Of a stretch of 64,000 nucleotides of DNA, positions 1 to 8,868 are shown piece by piece. The DNA is from a virus (lineage: Duplodnaviria > Caudoviricetes), in IMG/VR virus record IMGVR_UViG_3300014204_013734, positions 64,001-128,000 of that record, one strand, 5' to 3'. The translations under genes and the position numbers were made by a program. Every line of letters begins with the position of its first letter. Positions within the stretch are counted from its first letter, which is position 1. The notes beneath the pieces were generated by a model. It worked only from the letters and a program-made list of their open reading frames with translations, ran no database searches and had not been told where the DNA came from.

Positions 1-558
1 TTCTTCAACGTTAGTGGGAATAGGCGGGACATCCCGATGGAAACGACGTGTCACCCGGGACCAAGAAGCTGCCAGGAACGGAGTTGGGTCCAACAGGACA
101 TCAGGAATTCGGGTTCCCAACGGAACTTCAACGGCAGTACCCCGAAACCCCACCTGGTACAGTTCCAGGTGAAGCATGGAAACCTTACCGTCAGGACGGT
201 CTTCTCTGATAACCCTCTTGACGTGACCGACCAACTGGCTCCGTCGGATACGGTCCCCTTCCTTCAAACCTTCAAGTTCCTGGATTTCCCCGTAGCAAAC
301 AACCCCGGTGGCACCTTCAACCATAACGCCCCTAGTCGGAAGCCACTGTGGGCATCCGGCATTTGGACCTGTGAAGTCTTCAACCCGAACCACAACCCCG
401 TCTTCTACGGCGTGGACTGGCTGTCCTTCCTGACAGTCAATGTCAACACCCGTGTGGACATCGTGTTTCCGTTCCAACCCGAAAGAACCTTCTTCTCCGG
501 CACGGGGGATATTCCAGGGGACACATCCGAGCAGGGGCCATGACCATTTGCTTTTCAT
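1..558 (-). CDS. M23 family metallopeptidase (runs off window edge)
   Basis: Not in the ORF track because there is no stop in the window. Hand translation from ATG 558: MKSKWSWPLLG...HTGVDID...VHAVEDGVVVRV...LKEGDRIRRSQLVGHV...MLHLELY...DPTPFL. Shows the HxxxD motif, LHLE and the C-terminal DPxxxL typical of M23; RBS AGGAG upstream. Confidence 0.8.
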   Translation of the reverse strand, partial: MKSKWSWPLLGCVPWNIPRAGEEGSFGLERKHDVHTGVDIDCQEGQPVHAVEDGVVVRVEDFTGPNAGCPQWLPTRGVMVEGATGVVCYGEIQELEGLKEGDRIRRSQLVGHVKRVIREDRPDGKVSMLHLELYQVGFRGTAVEVPLGTRIPDVLLDPTPFLAASWSRVTRRFHRDVPPIPTNVEE

Positions 559-570
559 TTGGAAAATCTC

Positions 571-1038
571 CTAATTGGAAGACCACAAGACGGTTTCTTT
601 CAGTTCCAGATGGACTACCCGGAAACCTTTGACCTTGAAATCCGTGTTCCCATGAAACCTATGCAGATTAACAGGGTATCTGCGTGCCCTTTCCATCATG
701 ATCTTACACATTTCAACCGGTGGAGAACATCGGAAGAAAATGGCTACACTGTTGTATTCATGATCCGAATACGGTCCCAACCATCCGGTAACCGGACGGA
801 AACAACCGTGATCATCGGGAACCCCGACGATATTGTCCGCACACCATTTCAGGAAATCGGCGGGGGCGTCTTTAATGGCAGCTTCGGCATGTCGGACCCC
901 TACTTCACATTCCCCAAGCTGACCCGTGACCCAAGCGCAGAGTTCCCTTTCAAAATTTCCAGCATAGCTGTCGGTATCAATCATAAACGCCCAAGGTGCG
1001 GGAACAAATTCGTCTGCTATATTAACCTCTTTGGTCAA
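571..1038 (-). CDS. hypothetical protein
   Basis: 155-aa ORF co-oriented with its neighbours. Confidence 0.6.
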   Translation of the reverse strand: MTKEVNIADEFVPAPWAFMIDTDSYAGNFERELCAWVTGQLGECEVGVRHAEAAIKDAPADFLKWCADNIVGVPDDHGCFRPVTGWLGPYSDHEYNSVAIFFRCSPPVEMCKIMMERARRYPVNLHRFHGNTDFKVKGFRVVHLELKETVLWSSN

Positions 1039-1143
1039 GACATTGAAACACGTTAGAACCTGTTGGGTTCGGGACGGTCTTGGAAACGCTTTCAGGTATT
1101 TTGCGAAGCTTTTTCAGCCATCCAAGAATCATAGGTATCTCCT

Positions 1144-1896
1144 TCAATCCCACCACACGTAAAGCATTGGGCGCAGGTCGTTCAAGAAACTGACAGGGTT
1201 GACCGCTAGACCAGACCACAGAACCAATGCGATAACCCCGGCCGGTAATTCCGGCCGAAAATCATTCAGATAATGTTGCCGGATTGCTTCGTCTTTTTCC
1301 AATGGCGAAAACTCCATGGGATGAGGATCAGACAAACCAACTCTCCGATTCCAAGAACAAGTGGAAATGCCAACAGGTCCTTTTTCATCAACCTGGACAT
1401 GACCTCGATCCGCTTTGACGGGTTCCTTGAAAAGGTTGGCAGGTGGATCACGGAACCGCACCATCCAATGATCATACGGACAAATACCTGTCTTGAAAAC
1501 AAGGGTCCGATTATTCTGTCCGTGCAGTTTGGTTTCTTCCATCCAATCTAGTGTGTTGTCGTATCGGAACCAATCCGGTTTGGACACAGGCCTAAACAGC
1601 AACATGTTCCGATGTTGTACGACACACCCATATGGGACTGTGCTTTCGTTTTTGTATTGGTAGAGAGCCCGTTGCAATTCAAAGTCAAAATTGGAAGTTG
1701 CAAACAGCATATCCATATCAGGCCACATTTTCATGGCTTCGGGGAGAAGCCAATTGCTGATAATCTGCTCCCGGTTTTGCTGAAGGAATTTTCCAAAATC
1801 CGGCAACAAATCCCAATCAACATCGGAATTGATTCTAGGATCGTTGGTTTGAACTTCCAAACCATACCCGAGCATTTTGTGAACCCGAATGCTCAT
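1144..1896 (-). CDS. hypothetical protein, paralogue of 1911-2678
   Basis: MSIRVHKMLGYGL...LLFRPV..PDWFRYD...YDHWMVRFRDPPA...LRPMLYVWWD. Confidence 0.8.
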   Translation of the reverse strand: MSIRVHKMLGYGLEVQTNDPRINSDVDWDLLPDFGKFLQQNREQIISNWLLPEAMKMWPDMDMLFATSNFDFELQRALYQYKNESTVPYGCVVQHRNMLLFRPVSKPDWFRYDNTLDWMEETKLHGQNNRTLVFKTGICPYDHWMVRFRDPPANLFKEPVKADRGHVQVDEKGPVGISTCSWNRRVGLSDPHPMEFSPLEKDEAIRQHYLNDFRPELPAGVIALVLWSGLAVNPVSFLNDLRPMLYVWWD

Positions 1897-1910
1897 GTTG
1901 ATCTTTCCTT

Positions 1911-2678
1911 TTAATCCCACCACACGTGGATCATGGGACGCAAATCATCCAAGAAACTGGCCGGATCAAGGGCCAGGTCGGACCAGAGAACCAGAGCGAT
2001 GACCCCGAAAGGAATCGCCGGACGAAAGTCTTCCTTCAGATGCCGAAGCCTTACCGCATTTCTCTCCAAAGGAGTCAACTTCGGGTCCCATCGGCCTACC
2101 AGTTGGTTATACCACCCAGTAGAAATACTCATGATTCCTTTTTCATCCCCAATGGATTCACCCAGTATGTTTTCTTCCGGTTTCTTCTGCCATCTCTTTA
2201 CGCAGGAGGCAGGGGGATCACGAAAGCGAACCATCCAATGGTCGTGCGGATACAGTCCCATTTTGAAAACGGTAGTCCGATTCTTCATTCTGCGTTGCCG
2301 TTCGGTTTCTTCAAAGAAATCCAAGGAATCATCAAATCTGTACCAATCCGGTAACGTCACAGGCCTGAATAGAAGAATCTTCCCGTGTTGTTCAATACAG
2401 GTGTCCGCTTTTCTTTCTTTCGCCAAGTCTTGCTTTGAAAGTCTGAATTGAAGTTCAAATTCCGATGTTGCATATTGGAGGGCGTTGGTTTTATCAGGAA
2501 TCATTTTTGCGATTTCACGGAAATAAAGGTCAATGATTGTTTCCCTGTTTTGTTCCATTGACTGTATGAAATCCAAATCGGTTGACTTGTCAAGGTCGGT
2601 TCCTGGCTTGAACCTGGGGTCCTTAACGCGGACATCCTTCAAACCCCATCCGGCCATTTTGTGAATTCGGATTCCCAT
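1911..2678 (-). CDS. hypothetical protein, paralogue of 1144-1896
   Basis: MGIRIHKMAGWGL...LLFRPV..PDWYRFD...HDHWMVRFRDPPA...LRPMIHVWWD. Confidence 0.8.
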   Translation of the reverse strand: MGIRIHKMAGWGLKDVRVKDPRFKPGTDLDKSTDLDFIQSMEQNRETIIDLYFREIAKMIPDKTNALQYATSEFELQFRLSKQDLAKERKADTCIEQHGKILLFRPVTLPDWYRFDDSLDFFEETERQRRMKNRTTVFKMGLYPHDHWMVRFRDPPASCVKRWQKKPEENILGESIGDEKGIMSISTGWYNQLVGRWDPKLTPLERNAVRLRHLKEDFRPAIPFGVIALVLWSDLALDPASFLDDLRPMIHVWWD

Positions 2679-2682
2679 GTTG

Positions 2683-3468
2683 TTATCCCTCATCCATTAC
2701 ACGTTGGTTGTATTCGTCAATCTCTTTTACGATACCTGTTCCTGTTCTCATAAGCCACGGCATATAAAGCATACCGTTAATCTTGCACGCCTTTAACACC
2801 GTGTCGTCAATGTCCTGACCTGATAACTGAAGGCTCTGATTTGACGCAAACATAAGCATACGCCCGCTACCGACACAAGGATCGTGAACGGTACGAACTG
2901 CCATATCCTTCCAATCCCCACCAACATCAAGCGTCTTCATTGTAATGCCAACCATCATTTTGCAGACATTCATGGGGGTAGGGTAGAACGCATTCGGATT
3001 CCAATGAGGTCCTTTGCCCTTCCCTTCGGCAATCAGATGTCCAAAGTAGTCGTAAGGATACTCAGTAAGCAATTGAAGTCCAAACTCCCGGCAAAATCTA
3101 TCCCTCGCCCCAGGCCAAGGTTCCACATTGCCGTGTCCGTCTTCAATATCAAGACCGAAAAGAATCTCGTCCATGATCCATTCAACAGACCGCCAAGGAC
3201 CGACATGCGATGAGCAAATGTCCACAAGCATGTTCAGGTGCTTCATGGTTTCGGGATTGGGGTAATCAAGGAAATCAAGCTGAGGAATAGGCGTGTCGGG
3301 GAGGTGGCCAAGTTCAAAGGTGTCACTCCACCACGCCCAACGCCCCTTAAGATGAAGGCCATCCAGGATCAACAGGTACGGAACAAGCCATCCTTTACTT
3401 CCAATGACAGGGGAAGTAAAGGAACTACCTACTTCCTCCAACTTGTCAAATTTATTGATGTCCGGCAT
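2683..3468 (-). CDS. N6-adenine methyltransferase-like protein (SAM-binding part only)
   Basis: FYPTPMNVCKMM, VHDPCVGSGRML (motif I) and LSGQDID; no NPPF/Y catalytic motif before the stop. Confidence 0.65.
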   Translation of the reverse strand: MPDINKFDKLEEVGSSFTSPVIGSKGWLVPYLLILDGLHLKGRWAWWSDTFELGHLPDTPIPQLDFLDYPNPETMKHLNMLVDICSSHVGPWRSVEWIMDEILFGLDIEDGHGNVEPWPGARDRFCREFGLQLLTEYPYDYFGHLIAEGKGKGPHWNPNAFYPTPMNVCKMMVGITMKTLDVGGDWKDMAVRTVHDPCVGSGRMLMFASNQSLQLSGQDIDDTVLKACKINGMLYMPWLMRTGTGIVKEIDEYNQRVMDEG

Positions 3469-3480
3469 GTGCCAAACCTT

Positions 3481-4098
3481 TCACAAAAGCCATTGGAAAA
3501 GAACGTCATTCTCTCCACAACGGGAGCGAAGTTTTGCAATCCAAGCATCAGACTTCAGCTTAAACATCAAGGGAAGTCCTGGGCTGACAAGACCACCTTT
3601 GCACACAACCCCTTCAAAGGTCATACCCTTTAGGGTTCCGTCCTTAACCTGCCGAATGAATTCAGCATCAATAGACCCGTGGTGCAGCATCGCTGCATGA
3701 GGAACATCCGCGTCGTTAACCAGTTCCATGAACTGGTTCGGAACAAGAATCCCTTTTCGGTGAACCGAAACGTCAATGAGGGAAACAACGTGTTCATCGT
3801 CCGGTTCATGCTGTCCCGCAAACGACCGGGGTCCATGGAATTCAAAAAACGCTACGACCCGTTCCCATTTACGGTCACGGAACAAATGGTCAAGCTTATC
3901 CGCAGCCGTTGCAATGATCAGGTCGGGAGCTCTCTTCAAGATCAGGTTTGTGTCGTCAAGCAAACCCGTTCGTTTCCCGAACTTATAGAATCCTCGTTTT
4001 TGATTCCATTCGGCCCGGATGTTGGAACCGTCAAGCTTGTCAAACGCCCAGAACACACCCGTCTGAACGATTCGTTCAATGGTCGGGTAGTCTTTCAC
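3481..4098 (-). CDS. RNA ligase-like nucleotidyltransferase (Rnl2-type adenylyltransferase domain)
   Basis: Motif I DKLDGSN, III FFEFHG, IV FEGVVCK, V MFKLK. Confidence 0.75.
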   Translation of the reverse strand: MKDYPTIERIVQTGVFWAFDKLDGSNIRAEWNQKRGFYKFGKRTGLLDDTNLILKRAPDLIIATAADKLDHLFRDRKWERVVAFFEFHGPRSFAGQHEPDDEHVVSLIDVSVHRKGILVPNQFMELVNDADVPHAAMLHHGSIDAEFIRQVKDGTLKGMTFEGVVCKGGLVSPGLPLMFKLKSDAWIAKLRSRCGENDVLFQWLL

Positions 4099-5052
4099 CT
4101 AATCCGACCTTTCCCCAACCTTGTTGTTGAAGTCCCGGCATACGTCCAGGCAGTTACCGCGGCAAATCGGGTCGGAAAAGCAGTTGTGGTTCTTCGCCCA
4201 ATTTACCCGTTCGGCACGCATATCAGGACCAACCTTCCCGATAGGTTTCCCACCTTCCCGCAAATAGATGATGCACGGGTAATGAGAATCCCCGACCACG
4301 GCACTGTCATCCATGACCAAGTGGCAACGATCAGAATCCCGTTCCGTCAACCCCCGGACACTTTGCCCAGATTTCATGTTGTTGATCCGGTAATTCAGGA
4401 TCCTATGTTTGCCCATGCCACGAAGGATTTCCGGCGGAAGTGCTTTTCCGAATTGGGCGGCCGGAATGACCCGAATGTCGTGAACACCCAAAGAATCCGC
4501 GAAGGACACGATTTTCGTGATTTCCGCAATGTTGTCTTCGGTCAAGACTACACCAACGGTGGTGTAGCATCTTTCCGACAAGAAGCGGATGTTGCCCGCC
4601 ACTTTGTCAAAGTGACAGTCTTCCAACCCGGCCATTTTGTTGGCGAAAGACGCGCAACAGGCATCCAACGAAATGGAGAAGTCGTTGGCGCCGGCGGCAA
4701 GCAGTTCTTCGTACACCTGCCGGTCCGCAGACCCATTGGAAGAAATAGCGATACGTTTCACCCCGCGAACCTTACACAAGGCCACGAGCCTTTTCAGGTG
4801 CGGATACAGGGTAGGTTCTCCCCCCGAAAAACGAACGTTCTGCAGACCATCGTTGATCCACAGATTCAAGATTTCCAAAGCCGAATCCAGGGGCAAGTGC
4901 CCCTTCAATCCTTTCACCCCACGGCAATAAGGACAACGAAAATTACACGCCGATGTGACCAGAAGTTCGCATCGACACATCGGAGACGTGCCGTTGATGC
5001 TTTTCGCCCTGTCATCCGACAGTGTGTAGAAGCCGATGTCTTCCAGTTTCAT
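4099..5052 (-). CDS. radical SAM protein
   Basis: CNFRCPYC (CxxxCxxC), FSGGEP, SSNG, SISLD and a Cys-rich C-terminus; ATG overlaps the rtcB stop (TAATG). Confidence 0.85.
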   Translation of the reverse strand: MKLEDIGFYTLSDDRAKSINGTSPMCRCELLVTSACNFRCPYCRGVKGLKGHLPLDSALEILNLWINDGLQNVRFSGGEPTLYPHLKRLVALCKVRGVKRIAISSNGSADRQVYEELLAAGANDFSISLDACCASFANKMAGLEDCHFDKVAGNIRFLSERCYTTVGVVLTEDNIAEITKIVSFADSLGVHDIRVIPAAQFGKALPPEILRGMGKHRILNYRINNMKSGQSVRGLTERDSDRCHLVMDDSAVVGDSHYPCIIYLREGGKPIGKVGPDMRAERVNWAKNHNCFSDPICRGNCLDVCRDFNNKVGERSD

Positions 5053-7496
5053 TAGTCCATCCCCTTGATGTTGGCCACAGGACGCATACGCCGAGCAATC
5101 TTGGCGATCCCTTCCCCTTCCAGGATGCGAAGAACTGCGTCCAGGTCCTTGTAGACGTGTCCACATTCGTCAAGAGGAGTCTGCCGGCTGTTCATCAGGA
5201 TTCCCTTGACGACAGTCCCGTCCTTGCAAACGACCTTGGCATTGTTCATTTCCGCATCAATATCACCCTGCAAGGCAGCAAATTCACGCTTGGCCTGACC
5301 ACGGCCAAGCAGACGCCCGGACCCGTGGTTGACCGAACAACCGGACTGGCAGGCCTTGTCAGATGGAAACAGGATTGCCGCCCCGGTCAACATGGAACCC
5401 GGAATAAGGACCGGATGACCGGTCTTTTCCCACATCGTGCCGTACAAAGCCGGATGCCCAGCCGGGAATGCCCGCGTAGACCCCTTGCGGTGGACGAAGC
5501 CACGGACCAACGACCCATCCGGGAGGTAGATTTCCTCTTCCTGGATCAGGTTATGACTGATTTCGTAAAACGTCTTGGAGGTCTTTCCGAAGACCATTTC
5601 GGTAGCCTCGGAAATGCCGTTGGCAATGACATGCCGGTTCACGATGGCGAAGTTGGCCGCACTGTTGTGGTGCGCCCAAAACTGCTTTCCGAGGGGTTCG
5701 TCAATATGCAACCAAGCGTCTTCCCGACGGTTCTTGGCCAAACCCCGAACTTCGGCACCGGCATACATGAAATGTTCCGCCGTCTGCCAACCGTAACCCC
5801 GGCTTCCGGTATGGATCATGACCCACACTGAGGAATCTTCCGGATCAATCTGCAATTCCACGTAGTGGTTTCCGGCTCCGAGGGAACCGAGTTGCCCGAC
5901 CATCTTGTTTCGGGCGCGTTCAACCCTATTCACGTCAAAGTAAGCAGGGTCAACCGGAAGGGACTTCCGTTCGCAGACATCCTTGGACAAACCCAAGGCG
6001 AAGGCACCTTCCGTCAGGACTTCCATCAGGAAGTTGTAGCTGAAAGAAGGCATCTTGTCGGGACGGTTTGACCCGATACCCGTAGCAACACGCCGGGAAA
6101 CTTCGTCAATCCACTGACGACGCTTTGCCGGATCGGCCACGTCGGCGGCAATCAACCCTTCAATCTTGGCGTGGAGAATTCCACAATTGTGAACGAAAAC
6201 ACCCGCATCCAATGCAAAATTACCGTACTTTTCAACCGTTAAGCAGTACACATCTGCAGTTTCCGTCAGCCACCGGACCGCAACAACCTTGTGATTATTG
6301 TGTTTGTGATAAATGTGCTCTTTAAGGCCCCATTTGCTCTTGTAGGAGCGGCCACAATGAGGGCAGAGAAATTCTGTTACTTTTTCTTTGTGTTGCGTTC
6401 TCTTTTTTCCTCTGTTCAGTAAACCGACTTCTCTGGATTTCTGGCGACCTACCTCACTTTGGTTATATTTGATAAGGAACTCACGGCCCCTCAGACCTGC
6501 TTTTGCATCAGATTCCTTGTATTTTCCTTTTTCTCTTGCCCGTTTGTGGTTTTCAACTATCATTTCATCCCTTCGGGCACAAAACTTCGGGTCTTTATGA
6601 AGTCTTTTCAAGTTCTCTGAAGCCATCTTAGAATACATTTCGGGATACAGCTTATGGGCCTTAGCCCCCCAAATCTCCCCTCTGGCAAGGCGCTCTTTCG
6701 CTGTGTCCGAATGTAGTTTCCAGTGTTCATGTTCATCCATTTCAACAAGGAAACGGGGATCATCATTGTCTTTGGAAGGATTGGGGTTCTGTGTATTGAA
6801 AATATCGTGGTGTATGATACTAGGCCATTTTGGAACATATCCGTGCAGCTCTCGGAAAGAAACTTTATACATTCGTTCTATGGTGTTATCCATAGGATGT
6901 TGGACATAAGAACGGTGCAAAGGCATGAGCGAATCCCCTGGTTTGAGGCACTCCGCTTTTTTGTAGCTTCCATCCCGAAGCATATATTCATGGTCAGGGG
7001 TATTTCGAATGCACTTCCCATTATTCAGTTCCACTTCTACGATGGAAGCAGCCCTTTTTGTTCTTCGTGGGCTGTGGGCTAAACCCGCAGTAACTTTTCC
7101 TTCGGGGGTCATGGAATAGGTGTAAAAAGTTCCGCCTTCCCCATAAAGACGGACAAGTTCTTCAAATGACAAAGTTCTGCCATCTACCAAGGCAACTTTA
7201 GTATCTCCCGTGAAACATGACAGATCGTAGCCCGCCGCTGCCTGTATCAACGTCCCGTCCGTAACGATGACGGATCCGATAGGGACACCATAGCCGAAAT
7301 GGGTGTCCGGCATCAGGAACACATGAGTCACACCCGGATAGGATGCCGCATTCGCAGCCTGTCGCCACACGTCTTCCTCAGAAGAAGCAAACAAGTCTTC
7401 GTTCAGGAATGCTTTGACTTCACATCCCATTTGCGCAACACGCGGCATGCTCAACGTATTGGGTCCGGTTCGAATCACAGTTTCTTTGAATGACAT
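5052..7496 (-). CDS. rtcB: RtcB RNA ligase with one intein
   Basis: LMPDTHFGYGVPIG, GYDLS[intein]CG, QLGSLGAGNHYVELQ, IHTGSRG, ISHN, VHRKGSTRA, IPGSM, SVNHGSGR, YKD, IKG. Confidence 0.93.
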   Translation of the reverse strand: MSFKETVIRTGPNTLSMPRVAQMGCEVKAFLNEDLFASSEEDVWRQAANAASYPGVTHVFLMPDTHFGYGVPIGSVIVTDGTLIQAAAGYDLSCFTGDTKVALVDGRTLSFEELVRLYGEGGTFYTYSMTPEGKVTAGLAHSPRRTKRAASIVEVELNNGKCIRNTPDHEYMLRDGSYKKAECLKPGDSLMPLHRSYVQHPMDNTIERMYKVSFRELHGYVPKWPSIIHHDIFNTQNPNPSKDNDDPRFLVEMDEHEHWKLHSDTAKERLARGEIWGAKAHKLYPEMYSKMASENLKRLHKDPKFCARRDEMIVENHKRAREKGKYKESDAKAGLRGREFLIKYNQSEVGRQKSREVGLLNRGKKRTQHKEKVTEFLCPHCGRSYKSKWGLKEHIYHKHNNHKVVAVRWLTETADVYCLTVEKYGNFALDAGVFVHNCGILHAKIEGLIAADVADPAKRRQWIDEVSRRVATGIGSNRPDKMPSFSYNFLMEVLTEGAFALGLSKDVCERKSLPVDPAYFDVNRVERARNKMVGQLGSLGAGNHYVELQIDPEDSSVWVMIHTGSRGYGWQTAEHFMYAGAEVRGLAKNRREDAWLHIDEPLGKQFWAHHNSAANFAIVNRHVIANGISEATEMVFGKTSKTFYEISHNLIQEEEIYLPDGSLVRGFVHRKGSTRAFPAGHPALYGTMWEKTGHPVLIPGSMLTGAAILFPSDKACQSGCSVNHGSGRLLGRGQAKREFAALQGDIDAEMNNAKVVCKDGTVVKGILMNSRQTPLDECGHVYKDLDAVLRILEGEGIAKIARRMRPVANIKGMD
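6186..7217 (-). mobile_element. intein in RtcB (344 aa) with HNH-like endonuclease and C2H2 zinc finger
   Basis: Starts CFTGDTKV; block B TPDH; ends VYCLTVEKYGNFALDAGVFVHN followed by C+1. Internal IIHHD...DNDDPRFL..M...EH..LH and CPHCGRSYKSKWGLKEHIYHKH. Confidence 0.9.
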
Positions 7497-7530
7497 GGTA
7501 CGTTTCTCCTTCCCCAAGACTACCGGAAAC
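7494..7530 (-). repeat. duplicated 37-bp promoter/RBS cassette, copy 1 (before rtcB)
   Basis: Minus strand GTTTCCGGTAGTCTTGGGGAAGGAGAAACGTACCATG; near-identical copy at 8012-8048. Confidence 0.85.
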
Positions 7531-7534
7531 TCTG

Positions 7535-8014
7535 TCAAACCAAGCCGTGTTGCCGCAGCAGCAGAATACCCAAGAACATCAGCAAGATATGCAGCGTGTT
7601 GTCCGTCACCGTGTAAACGATGGCAGCGAACGCCGTAATGACGGATGGGATATGCAGGTCTTCAGGAATCAGAAGGCAAGGTCCGTTTTTGACCCGAATA
7701 TGGTCAAGGGCGGCGTCCCAATCCTTCATCACATTCCTGCCCCCAATCAAGTCTAACCACTTCTGACCAAGGCCCCAACGGTCAATCGGGAAGTGGGACA
7801 AGAAAACCATTCCCCACATCCACGGATTCATCACGGTAGTCGTAACAAGGACGACGGCTACCGTATAGGCTACGCAATGGATCAAGCAAATCCCGAACCC
7901 CTTCCAGGACCGCACTGATTTCCCAAGGGCCATCCATACGGGTTGGAAGAGGTAGTCCCCGACGAAATGCCCGAGAATGGCTAGGATCAGCAAGGATTCG
8001 GATTCACACGTCAT
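7535..8014 (-). CDS. DUF3307-like membrane protein
   Basis: LAILGHFVGDYLFQ...K...HCVAYT...LSHFPID...DNTLH pattern with hydrophobic helices. Confidence 0.75.
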   Translation of the reverse strand: MTCESESLLILAILGHFVGDYLFQPVWMALGKSVRSWKGFGICLIHCVAYTVAVVLVTTTVMNPWMWGMVFLSHFPIDRWGLGQKWLDLIGGRNVMKDWDAALDHIRVKNGPCLLIPEDLHIPSVITAFAAIVYTVTDNTLHILLMFLGILLLRQHGLV

Positions 8015-8048
8015 GGTACGTTTCTCCTTCCCCAGGACTACCCGAAAC
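8012..8048 (-). repeat. duplicated 37-bp promoter/RBS cassette, copy 2
   Basis: Minus strand GTTTCGGGTAGTCCTGGGGAAGGAGAAACGTACCATG. Confidence 0.85.
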
Positions 8049-8052
8049 CCCA

Positions 8053-8109
8053 TTAAACCAAACCGTAATAATGCCCGAGGATGGCCAGGATCAACAGGTT
8101 TTCGGTCAT
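8053..8109 (-). pseudogene. 18-codon internally deleted remnant of the DUF3307-like gene
   Basis: MTENLLILAILGHYYGLV* joins the N-terminus (LLILAILGH) to the C-terminus (GLV*) of 7535-8014. Confidence 0.75.
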
Positions 8110-8852
8110 GCCTTAGGCTTTCCCGTTAAATAGCAGGGAAGGTGGAAAATCTCCGCCTGTCCAGAAGGTTCCGCTGGACGAACCCAGTATCCTTGTTCGC
8201 CCTTTGCAACCATCTGCTTACAGACGGGGCATTGTACGGATTGAACACACGTAATAGTTCGGTGGTTTTCGTCTTCTACCAAAGTTCGGGTCACGGGCTT
8301 CTTGGGCTTCGGGTTGTCTTTTTCCTTATCCTTGGCAAGAAGTTCTTGCGACAAGGCTTCCATGTTGTTTTGCCGTTTGGCTAAACACGAAACGGCAAAA
8401 CAACACTTCCTGCAAACCGGACTTTGTTCTGCCAAGAAACCAAAGCACTGCGTGTTTTCCCTAGCTAGTTCCCGGATATACGGATCCGAGTGATAGCTCT
8501 CCCCGTCAGTGTCTGTGCTGTTTTCTTGCAGCGGGCTGGGAGGAACGGAAATGGGAACGGAAATGGAAGCCAACCTGTTAGCTTCCGTCAAACCGGCAGT
8601 CGTTAACGTCCATTGCCCTTTAGCCAGCCGGTTTGCATAACCTTCCGTCACCAATTCCTTGAAAGCCCACTGAACCCATTTCTCAACCTGCGGTTTCCCA
8701 CTGGCCTCGTTCAGGCCATACTGGTCCAGCTCGATGCCCATCAACTCACAAACCTTTACGCACACCTTTTCCATAGCAATTCCAATGCCCGTCCCCTGCG
8801 TCAGGAAAAGCAAAGCCTTCAGCAGGGGGTCCTTGAAATCCTTGGCTGTCAT
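8106..8852 (-). CDS. winged-helix (Mrr N-terminal-like) protein with Cys-rich motifs
   Basis: DFKDPLLKAL...VEKWVQWAFKEL..EGY...KGQWTLT..G, followed by CxxC and CxxC...HxxC. Confidence 0.55.
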   Translation of the reverse strand: MTAKDFKDPLLKALLFLTQGTGIGIAMEKVCVKVCELMGIELDQYGLNEASGKPQVEKWVQWAFKELVTEGYANRLAKGQWTLTTAGLTEANRLASISVPISVPPSPLQENSTDTDGESYHSDPYIRELARENTQCFGFLAEQSPVCRKCCFAVSCLAKRQNNMEALSQELLAKDKEKDNPKPKKPVTRTLVEDENHRTITCVQSVQCPVCKQMVAKGEQGYWVRPAEPSGQAEIFHLPCYLTGKPKA

Positions 8853-8868
8853 TGTGTTTGAATCCTTT

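Noticed and set aside
37-543. 168-aa plus-strand ORF in the track
   Set aside because: It is the shadow of the minus-strand M23 peptidase (558 to <1), which has recognisable motifs.
3481-5052. Stop-codon recoding or TAG read-through (the radical SAM TAG is directly in frame with the ligase GTG; theta ribozymes are linked to recoded phages)
   Set aside because: There is no suppressor tRNA in the array, very long ORFs are intact in code 11, downstream genes have their own RBS, and the same abutting arrangement occurs with TGA at 48211/48212.
3679-5831. Long plus-strand ORFs (458 aa, 269 aa) and similar antisense ORFs such as 20175-21167
   Set aside because: They are antisense shadows of well-supported genes and show no motifs.
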